NCBI GenBank assembly: GCA_016935765.1
Contig: JAFGQG010000057.1
Span: forward strand, 7,704-71,703
DNA length: 64,000 bases
From: a bacterium
GTDB taxonomy: Bacteria > UBP14 > UBA6098 > JAFGQG01
Reading direction: 5' to 3'
The position numbers were made by a program, and so were the translations under genes. Below are positions 19,737-29,800 of the stretch, piece by piece. The notes beneath the pieces are model-generated. The model ran no database searches. It saw only the letters and a list, made by a program, of their open reading frames with translations, and was not told where the DNA came from. The first letter of the stretch is position 1. Each line of letters starts with the position of its first letter.

Positions 19737-21212
19737 CTATTTGTAGATCTTTTCCATAGTTTTAGCTATTCTCTGTACTCCTGTCTTGATTTCATCTTCG
19801 TCGAGGGACGCGATAGAGAGTCTGTAGTACGGGTCTTTAGGGCGAGTAGGGAAGTAGAACCTGCCCGGTACGACCAGCACGCCGTTTTTTAAAAGCAGGT
19901 CATGTACCCGCTCTTCCTTGAGAGGACAATTTTTTAAGTGAAGCCATATCAGGTATCCCCCGGTAGGTTCGGTCCAGGAGACATTTTCAACTGTAATATA
20001 ATCCTTCATAGCTTTTAGCGCGGTCTGCATTCTTTTCCGGAAGATACGGTGCATCCTTTTTACGTGAAGTTCATAGTGACCCTTTTCGCAGAATTCTGCG
20101 AGGGCTGCCTGCAGGGGCATGTTCGAGGATAAGTCTGAAACCTTCCTGATAGCGACAAGTCTTTTGATACACTCCTTTTCCGCAGCTATCCACCCAACTC
20201 GGATACCCGGAAACAGCACCTTGGAGAAGGTCCCCAAATAGATGACTATCTGCTTTTTGTCCATCGATTTTAACGGAAGCGGTACCTTCCCGAAATATTT
20301 CATTTCCTCCTCAAAGGCGTCCTCCACGATCGGGAGTTTGTGTTCTTCGCAGAGAGCCAGTAGTTCCTCCCTGTGAGCCTGGTTGGTGGATATTCCTGTT
20401 GGATTATGGAAGTTCGGCATAGTGTAGAGAAACGAAGCTTTTTCTTTTTCCAGGGTTTTCCGTAAATAAGCGAGGTCCAGTCCTTCCTCCCTCATAGGAA
20501 TTGGGAGAAGTTGAGAGCGGTAAAACTGCATTAATGGTATTACGATAGCATAAGTGGGGGATTCAATAAGAACCTTGTTCCCAGGCTCGATAAGCAGCTT
20601 GAGAATGGTTTCCAACCCGTGTTGAGCGCCATTGGTTATCATGATCTCGTCAGCGGCAACCTCGATACTGTGTATCTGCAATCTCTTGGCGATGGCTTCC
20701 CTCAGCGGTCTGTAGCCCTGCGCGTCACCGTAAGTCAGGAGTCTTGCGCCGTCATCTACGAGCACACCATTCAGGCACTTACGGAAATCATCCACCGGGA
20801 AGATGCGGGGATCAAGATCCAGCATTGCAAGGTTAATTGTGTCCGGCGACGTGGTTTTTTCTTTAGTTGCCTCGTCTATGAATTTCAGCATGTCATCTAC
20901 CAGGGGGGTGCAGATTTCATTCCAGGGAATTATACCCTCTTGCGCCCTTTTCTCTAGGGTGGCGAGCTCTTCCCTCTCGCGTACGATAGAATATGACCCC
21001 GGTCGGCTGTCTATGTAACCAAAAGCCCAAAGTTCTTCGTAAGCCTTATATACTGTTGAGCGGTGAACACCCAGGTGCACCGCCATATCCCGGGAGGAGG
21101 GCAGCTTGTCTCCAGGCTTGAGTACTCCTTGCTCGATCAACTCCTTAATCCGCTCGAAGACTTGCTTGAATAGAGGAATTTCACTTCTTTTATTTACTTT
21201 CAATATCAACAT
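19737..21212 (-). CDS. MocR/GabR-family transcriptional regulator (GntR HTH fused to an aminotransferase-like domain)
   Basis: N-terminal winged HTH (KLPSSRDMAVHLGVHRSTVYKAYEEL) and a C-terminal fold-type I PLP domain with GTFSKVLFPGIRVGW. Confidence 0.85.
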   Translation of the reverse strand: MLILKVNKRSEIPLFKQVFERIKELIEQGVLKPGDKLPSSRDMAVHLGVHRSTVYKAYEELWAFGYIDSRPGSYSIVREREELATLEKRAQEGIIPWNEICTPLVDDMLKFIDEATKEKTTSPDTINLAMLDLDPRIFPVDDFRKCLNGVLVDDGARLLTYGDAQGYRPLREAIAKRLQIHSIEVAADEIMITNGAQHGLETILKLLIEPGNKVLIESPTYAIVIPLMQFYRSQLLPIPMREEGLDLAYLRKTLEKEKASFLYTMPNFHNPTGISTNQAHREELLALCEEHKLPIVEDAFEEEMKYFGKVPLPLKSMDKKQIVIYLGTFSKVLFPGIRVGWIAAEKECIKRLVAIRKVSDLSSNMPLQAALAEFCEKGHYELHVKRMHRIFRKRMQTALKAMKDYITVENVSWTEPTGGYLIWLHLKNCPLKEERVHDLLLKNGVLVVPGRFYFPTRPKDPYYRLSIASLDEDEIKTGVQRIAKTMEKIYK

Positions 21213-21426
21213 TTTTACTATCCTCGATGGATCTTTTCAAAAATCTACACCCCAAATTATGACACAATTGGTTGTTCGTCAACTACCAATCACAATCTAT
21301 TTTAAGCATACCAATCTTAAAATAAGCCCTAATTCAATCCTATAAATAAATGGCTGAATACAGCAGAATTCCGAAGCTGCTAAGGTAACAACAGAAAGCG
21401 AGACAAGTTTTCATTATCTTACTAAC

Positions 21427-21783
21427 CTACTTGTCTTTTTCCGATTCGGTCATGAGTTCTTCGATGCTTTTTGATTCTTCCCCTTTTTCTTCCAGGAGTT
21501 TCAAAGTGCGGTTGTATTCATCCTTGACATCCTGACAGAAACTCTCAATTTCTTTTGCTATTTTCCGACTATCACCAGTATGAACTTTCAACATCCTCAG
21601 TAACGACTCATAACACTTGTTTGAGGTGTATCTACTAAGTGTATATCGAGCAACAAAAGCCTTACAGACTGCACAACGGCAGTACACTTTTGTAGGTTCA
21701 CCGTTATTAAGATAGAATATATTTTTAAGGTCTGTGGAACCACATTCAGGGCAATGTTCATAACGGACTTTTTCCATAATCAT
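21427..21783 (-). CDS. Small zinc-ribbon protein, hypothetical
   Basis: CPECGS...CRCAVC four-Cys ribbon and an acidic Lys/Glu-rich tail. It lies 33 nt downstream of the transporter gene. Confidence 0.5.
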   Translation of the reverse strand: MIMEKVRYEHCPECGSTDLKNIFYLNNGEPTKVYCRCAVCKAFVARYTLSRYTSNKCYESLLRMLKVHTGDSRKIAKEIESFCQDVKDEYNRTLKLLEEKGEESKSIEELMTESEKDK

Positions 21784-21816
21784 CCTCCTTAATTGTATGT
21801 AAATAGATTTATTCTC

Positions 21817-23142
21817 TTAATGAAAGAATATTTTTATTACTGCATAATTTAAAATGATTGCTACAACAGCAATAATCAAACCTGCTCTACGCAGGTACTT
21901 AGAATTTATCATACCTGAACTATAAGCAATGGCATTCGGTGGAGTGGAAACAGGAAGGCTCATAGCACAGGAAGCCATTAATGCGATCATGAGCGTAAGC
22001 GAGAAAACATTAACTCCAACTGCAATTGCCAGTGGAATCAATATATTAGTTGCTGCTGTATTACTCATAAAAGTGGACATAACAATAGATATTAATCCGA
22101 TTATAAGTATTAGGACAGAAATAGACATTGATTTAAATCTGAGCATATCCATTAACCAAGTGGATAAGCCACTTGATTGCATTGCTATACCCAAAGCAAT
22201 ACCACCTGACATGAGAACCAGAACATCCCATCCAATATTTTTAAAGTCATCAACATTCAGGATTCCTGAAGCCATAAATACCATGGGTGGAATAAGTGCT
22301 ATCATAGCTGAAGGAATTTTGTGCAAAGTTGTTGTTAACCATAGCAATACTGTAAGTATTACAGTTCCTAAAATTAGATAATGTTTATTTTTTAATACAG
22401 TTTTTTCCAGTTTAACTTCTATTTGTTTTATTTGTGGGGGGAATAAAACCAGCAGCAACCACCATATAAATATAGTGAGAACTAAAGCTATTGGCATCCC
22501 CCACGTAACCCATTTTAAAAATGAGATATCAATACCTGCGTTAGCCAAGGACTGAATAGCAATAGCATTCGGTGGGGTTCCAATAGGAGTTCCTATACCC
22601 CCAACGTTCGCAGCGAATGGAATACCCAAAATTAGAGCAATACTGAAAGGATCCTCTTTAAAATCTCTAACCACGGGCAAAATAGCAGCTACCATCAATG
22701 TAGTTGTAGCTGTATTTGACATCCACATTGATAAGAATGCAGTAGTAAGCATAATACCACCCAAGACCGAGCGTGGAGAATTACCTATTTTATTCAGTAT
22801 TGATCTTGCAATTACAGTATCAAGTTTATATTTCTGAAGAGCTGTCGCAAGGAAAAATCCCCCAGCGAACAATACTATTGTTGGGTTCGCAAAGGCAGCC
22901 AGGAAATGAGAATATTTAACTCCTTCAGTAACCGGGGGAATTAAGAAAGCTAGCATTGCTACTACTATTCCACCAGTGGCAGAAATTGGAATTACTTCAG
23001 TAGTCCAGCATAAAATTGCAAAAACAAACACCGCAAGCGTTCTCTGTCCAGAAGAGCTTAAATCCTTTATGGGTATGAATATAAATAAAGCTGATACGAA
23101 AATTAATATGATAAAAATTATCGTGTTTTTACGGTTTATCAT
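21817..23142 (-). CDS. DASS/SLC13-family (divalent anion:Na+ symporter-like) transporter
   Basis: Polytopic membrane protein with the duplicated SNTATT / SNTAAT hairpin signature motifs (MSNTATTTLM, MSNTAATNIL) and GTPPNAIA. Confidence 0.8.
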   Translation of the reverse strand: MINRKNTIIFIILIFVSALFIFIPIKDLSSSGQRTLAVFVFAILCWTTEVIPISATGGIVVAMLAFLIPPVTEGVKYSHFLAAFANPTIVLFAGGFFLATALQKYKLDTVIARSILNKIGNSPRSVLGGIMLTTAFLSMWMSNTATTTLMVAAILPVVRDFKEDPFSIALILGIPFAANVGGIGTPIGTPPNAIAIQSLANAGIDISFLKWVTWGMPIALVLTIFIWWLLLVLFPPQIKQIEVKLEKTVLKNKHYLILGTVILTVLLWLTTTLHKIPSAMIALIPPMVFMASGILNVDDFKNIGWDVLVLMSGGIALGIAMQSSGLSTWLMDMLRFKSMSISVLILIIGLISIVMSTFMSNTAATNILIPLAIAVGVNVFSLTLMIALMASCAMSLPVSTPPNAIAYSSGMINSKYLRRAGLIIAVVAIILNYAVIKIFFH

Positions 23143-23266
23143 AATACCTTCTCAATATATAGAAAAATCAAATATGTATGGAGGTTTCCATGAGTCAACT
23201 TTTTTATTTTAGTATTTTCAAAGAAAACAATAAAACTATCTACACACTAAAACCCTATTTTATTTT

Positions 23267-23803
23267 CAGGCAGCAGTTGATGCAATTCCCGCTACTCTGG
23301 CAGACATTTATGTCATCGAGGTTCAAGATGACAGTACTTATAATGAAGGGATAAATATTTTTAAAGAGAATACCCATCCCCCTCTCTTTTATTCGACTAC
23401 GCCTGACAGCGAGGATTTACACCTGTTGTCTGAATATGGAAGATGGAACCCTGTAACCGAAATATGGGAGAATGACTCCGTATCTTCACCCTGTATCGAC
23501 ATGGGATTCGGAGGACCGGTAAATGAACCTTTCCCCAATGGCGGGATCATAAACCAGGGCGCTTATGGAAATACAGCGGAAGCTTCCAGGTCAGGATATG
23601 GCGATACAAATATAGTTGCTATAAATATAGAGAACACTGACTGTAACTTCGAGGTTTCCTATCGTGGAGAAACGGTAGTATCAGCCGATTCGCAGGAGAT
23701 AATAATCGAGAACATCGGGACTTTACCTAATAATTATAATATTATTCTACCTTTTATTATCCAGAATGCTTTTTGCTTAATAATATTGACTAAATTGTAT
23801 TGA
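23267..23803 (+). pseudogene. Collapsed remnant of the downstream giant repeat gene (N-terminal and C-terminal ends fused, no start or signal peptide)
   Basis: The frame is open from 23234 with no ATG/GTG/TTG before 23426. QAAVDAIPATLADIYVIEVQDDSTY matches aa ~48-72 of the giant protein. It then jumps to PPLFYSTTPDSEDLHLLSEYGRWNP...SPCIDMGFGGPVNEPFPNGGIINQGAYGNTAEASRSGYGDTNIVAINIENTDCNFEVSYRGETVVSADSQEIIIENIGTLP, which matches the last repeat plus the C-terminal tail of the giant protein. Confidence 0.55.
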
Positions 23804-23871
23804 ACAATTATTTTCAATTTAAGCTAAAAAAATAAATTAAGATATGTAAAAATACATAGAAAAGAGGGAAA

Positions 23872-26800
23872 ATGATCTTTAAAAGCGAAATTCGTGTATT
23901 TCTATCGTTATCATTTTTAGTCTCCATCCTGTCATTCGCTATTCTTAATGCATCCCCTACCACGATACCAACTTATATAATCAAAAAGGATGGTACGGGA
24001 AGCTTCACCACTATTCAAGCAGCAGTAGATGCACTCCCTACAGTTCTGGCAGGTAATTATGTTATCGAGGTTCAGGACGATAGCACATATTATGAACAGG
24101 TGGATATTCGTAAGGATAACAACAATGATATTTATTCACTAACCATTCGGGCAGGGGATGGTTTTCAACCTACAATTAATGGCGATGATTATGGGTTCTA
24201 CATAAAACCCGACTCAACCAGCAATCTAAAAAATGTAACCATTAGCGGTTTTAATATTACTTCCTGCAACATTAATGGTTTTTTTGCCACCCGTAACGGT
24301 GCTGATGGTGAGGTTTTGAATCTTACGATCACAAACTGTATCATTCATGGAACTGCCTCCGAAGGTATTAAACTGGAATACGCTGATGATTTTCTAATGC
24401 GAAATAGTATTTTATACGATGCGGGTGGAGATTATGGGGTACACTTTAACCACTGTGATGGTAATCCCCGGTTCATAAATAACACCGTATATACATTAAG
24501 CACTACATATTCCCTTTACCAGGTTTATGGCAGCCTTACTTTAATGAACAACATCATCTGCAATACCAGTGATGATCAATACGATTATGGTTTTCGTATG
24601 TTGAGTGGTACTACTTATTCATACAACAATTATTTCTGTAGTAAATATTCTTTCGTTAATGGATCATATAATGCATTAGGTCGTGGTGACCGCGAAGCCG
24701 ACCTTGATGATGACCCTCCACTTTTTTACTCAACCGCCCCGGACAGCGAGGATTTTCATTTAAAGTCCGAGTATGGGCGATGGGAGCCAGAGGCGAAGGG
24801 CTGGCAAATTGATGCGACCACTTCTCCATGTATCGACATGGGTCTGGGTGACCCTATTGATGAGGTTGCTCCCAACGGAAACATCATCAACCAGGGCGCT
24901 TATGGTGGAACTGACCAGGCGTCAAAATCAGGTCCCGCGAGAGTATATGTCACAAAGGGCTCCGGCGCATTTGGGAACTTCGGCGCTTATGCAATGATAA
25001 ATGGCGCAGTTGCTGCTATACCTGACACTCTCGATACCAGCTACACAGTAACTGTATGCTCCGATGAACCCTATAGGGAAGAAGTAAAAGTGTTTAAACA
25101 CAATCCCTCCGATAGCGGTTATTCCCTTACAATCGAGGCATCTGATACCAATAACCCGGTGATCGAAGCAGAAGAAAATGGGTTTTACCTTAAACCTATC
25201 AATAGTACTGATGACATGTCAAACGTCACTATCGATGGTTTCGAGATCGCGCCTTGCCACAGAAGCGAGTCTATCACCAGTAGAAGTATATTGGCTGAGA
25301 ATAACGGAGCTGGGATCGAGGTTATAAACCTCACTGTCCAAAATTGTATTATCCATGGTTCCAATAATGAAGGTATCAAACTAGAATACGCAGATGATTT
25401 CCTGGTGCGAAATAACGCTGTTTATGACGCAGGAGGCGATTATGGAATACATTTTCATCAATGTGATGGTAATTCCCGATTTATCAATAACACCGTATAT
25501 ACTTATAGCACTATTAACTCTGTTTACCAGGCTTACGGCTACCTCACATTAATGAACAATATCATCTGCAACACCAGCGATGATCAATATGATTATGGTT
25601 TTCGTATGTCGAGTGGTTTTACTTACTCATGCAACAATTATTTCTGTAGTAAATATTCCTTGTCGAACGGATCAGATAACAACCTGGGTTTCGGCGACCG
25701 TGAAGCTGACCTTGATGATGACCCTCCGCTTTTCTATTCCACGACTCCAGGGAGTGAAGACTTCCATTTAATGTCCGAATATGGGCGCTGGGATTCCGAG
25801 GCGAAGGGGTGGCAAAATGACGGGGTTACTTCACCTTGTATAGACATGGGTTTGGGTGAACCTGTCGATGAGTTTGCTCCTAGCGGAAACATAATCAACC
25901 AGGGCGCTTATGGCGGAACGAACCAAGCGTCAAAATCCGGACCAACGAGAGTGTATGTAACTAAAGGCTCCGGAGCGTTCGGGAACCTCGGCGCTTACAC
26001 CCAGATAAGCGCTGCGGTCAATGCCATACCTGATACTCTAGATACCTCATACACAGTCACTGTCTGCTCAAATGGTCCGTTTAAACAAGAAGTTTATATA
26101 ATAAAACACAATCCACCTGATAGCGGTTATACTCTGACGATAGAGGCATCAGATACGAATAAGCCGGTTATTGAAGCTGAAAAACGCGGGTTTTACCTCA
26201 AACCCTACAATGATACAGCTGATCTGGCAAATATCACAATCGATGGCTTCGAGATAAGCCCCTGTCATAGGAGCACTTCTATTACCAGGAGGGGCATATT
26301 TGCTGAGAAAAACACTGATTGGATAGGAGTTATTAACCTCACAATTAAAAATTGTATTATTCATGGTACCAATAATGATGGTATTATATTAGAATACGCT
26401 GATGATTTCATGATGCAAAACAATATCATTTACGATACAGGTAGCAATTATGGGATTCACTTGTTTGTTTGTCATGGTAGCCCCGAATTTATTAATAACA
26501 CCGTTTACACCAACAGCATAAGTGCCGCTGTTTACTCGAACGGTGGCTCCCTTACCTTGAGGAACAACATTATTTGCAACTTGAACACCGGTCAATACTC
26601 TTATGGTTTCAACTATTCCTCTACTACCCTCCAAACATCCTACACCTACTTTTGCAGTAAGTATGCGCGTTCAAACGGCTCTAATGCTGTATTAGGTCGG
26701 TGTGACCGCGAAGCTGACCTTGATGATGATCCACCACTTTTCTATTCAACTACTCCGGGTAACGAAGATTTCCATTTAAAATCGGAGTATGGACGTTGGA

Positions 26801-29800
26801 ATCCGGCAACTACAAGCTGGGAGTTGGATGCTGTTACTTCACCCTGTATAGACATGGGTTTTAGAGCTCCGGTGAACGAACCATTACCCAACGGGGGGGT
26901 TATCAACCAGGGTGGATTCGGGGGTACGGAACAGGCATCAAAATCGGATTCCGGAAGGGTGTATGTTACAATAGGATCGGGAGTGTTTGGAAATTACGGT
27001 ATCTACACAACAATAAATGGCGCAATTGCAGCTATACCAGATTCCTTGGACAGCAGCTACACCGTTACCGTTTGCTCCGATGGACCCTACCGTGAAGAGA
27101 TTGATGTGTTAAAACTAAATCCTTCCGAAAACGGTTATTCTCTCACAATCGAGGCTTCTGACACTAATAATCCTGTAATAGAAGCTGAAATATATGGCTT
27201 TTACCTTAAACCATACAGCAGTAGCAGTGACCTGGCAAATGTAACTATCGACGGTTTCGAGATTAAACCTTGCCAAAGAAGCGCTTCCGTTACAAGCAGG
27301 GGCATACTAGCTCAAAAAGATAGCGACGGTATCGAGGTAATAAACCTTACTATTCAAAATTGTGTTATTCATGGTATCAGTAACGAAGGAATAAGACTCG
27401 AGTATTCCGATGATTATCTTATTAGAAACTGCCTTGTATATAATTCGGGAACCGATTATGCGGTATATTTGACTTATTGTGAAGGCGATCCAATATTTAT
27501 CAATAATACTGTATATTCAGGTAATTCATTTTGTGCCGTTTATAAGCATTATGGCTCTCTAAATCTAATGAACAATATTATTTGCAATACCAGCGATGAT
27601 TTATATGATTATGGTTTTAGAATAGCAGGCAACATTCCACAATCTTCAAACAACTATTTCTGCGCTAAGTATGCGTTAGATCATGGTTCGGACATTGCAT
27701 TGGGTTGTGGCGATCGTGAGGCTGACCTCGACGATGACCCGCCGCTTTTCTATTCTATTACTCCGGACAGCGAGGATTTTCATTTAATGTCCCAGTATGG
27801 GCGCTGGAATCCGGCAACCATAAGCTGGGAATATGATGCTGTCACTTCACCATGCCTCGATATGGGATTTGGCGCGCCAGTGAACGAACCGTTACCCAAT
27901 GGGGGTATAATCAACCAGGGCTTCTATGGCGGTACAGACCAGGCATCAAAATCTGGATCAGCTCGAGTATATGTAACTAAGGGCTCCGGCGCCTTCGGGA
28001 ATTTCGGCGCATACACCCAGATCAGCGGAGCTGTCAATGCAATTCCGGACTCTCTCGACAGCAACTATACCATAACCGTATGTTCCGATGGACCATATCG
28101 CGAGGAAGTGAATATATTTAAACTCAATCCTGCTTCGAACGGATATGACCTGGTCATAGAAGCCTCGGACACAAACAAACCGGTAATTGAAGCTGAAAAA
28201 TACGGTTTTTACCTTAAGCCTTATAATAATACCAATGACCTTGCCAATGTAATAATTTCAGGTTTGGAAATTAAACCCTGTCATCGAAATCCCGCTATTA
28301 CTAACAAAGGTATCTTCACCGAAAGGAACGATGCTGAAAATCATGTTTTAAACCTGACCGTTGAAAATTGCGTTATTCATGGCATTACAAATGAAGGGAT
28401 AAGGTTGGAATATGCAGACGGATTCCTTGTGCAAAATTGCCTCGTCTATAACTGTGGAACTGCATACGGTGTATATTTTTACTATTGCGATGATGATCCG
28501 CATTTTATGAATAGCACCGTTTATACTAACAGCAACCAGTATTCAGTGATCAGCTATTACTCTGATCTCATTTTGCGTAATAATATCATTTGTAACACGA
28601 GTGAAATTGCCGGTGATTATGGTTTTTACGTTTCTGGTGTTACCGTAGAATCATCATACAATTATTACTGCAGTAAATATTCATTGAGCAATGGTTCATA
28701 CGTGGGTATTGGTCGTGGCGACAGGGAAGCTCACCTTGATGATGACCCTCCGCTTTTCTACTCCACCACTCCGGACAGCGAGGACTTTCATTTGATATCG
28801 GAGTATGGAAGGTGGAATCCAATCACCGAAACCTGGGAACTTGATGCTGTTACTTCCCCCTGTATTGACATGGGTTTTGGCGCGCCGCTAAACGAGCCCT
28901 TACCCAATGGCGGTATTATTAACCAGGGATTCTATGGAGGGACTGACCAGGCGTCGAAATCCGGACCTGCAAGAGTATATGTAACCAGGGGGGCCGGGGC
29001 ATTTGGGAATTACGGCGCATACACCCAGATCAACGGCGCAGTCAACGCCATACCCGATTCCCTCGATACCAGCTATGCCGTAAGCGTGTGCTCCGATGGA
29101 CCATTCCGGCAGGAAGTAAACGTGTTCAAATTAAATCCAGCATCTAACGGATATAACCTTATTATAGAAGCATCGGATACTAATAAACCGGTGATTGAAG
29201 CCGAAGCTCATGGTTTTTACCTTCAACCTTATAATAATACCAATGATCTGGCTAATGTCACCATAGACGGATTTGAGATAGCTCCCTGCCAAAGGGATGC
29301 TTCTATAACCAGCAGAGGTATATTTACACAGCGAAATGATAGTGATAATGAAGTCATAAACCTTACTATTGAAAATTGTATTATCCACGGAAGCAGATAT
29401 GAAGGGATAAAGCTCGAGTACTCAGATAACTTCCAGATTAAAAATTCCCTCATATATAGCTGCGGGACTGATTACGGCGTATTCTTCTACTATTGTGATG
29501 GAGACTGTCGATTTGTTAATAACACCGTATATACTTATAGTACAATTAACACTCTTTGCCAAAACTATGGTAACTTAACATTATTGAATAATATTATTTG
29601 CAACACAAGCGATAATGCTGGGGATTATGGTTTTAACAATCCTAGCGGTATTACGAGCTCATCGTATAATTATTTCTGCAGCAAGTATTCATTGAGCAGC
29701 GCTTCACTTGTTGCTCTTGGGCGCGGCGACAAGGAAGCTTACCTTGAAGAAGACCCGCCACTTTTCTATTCCACTACACCGGACAGTGAGGATTTTCATT

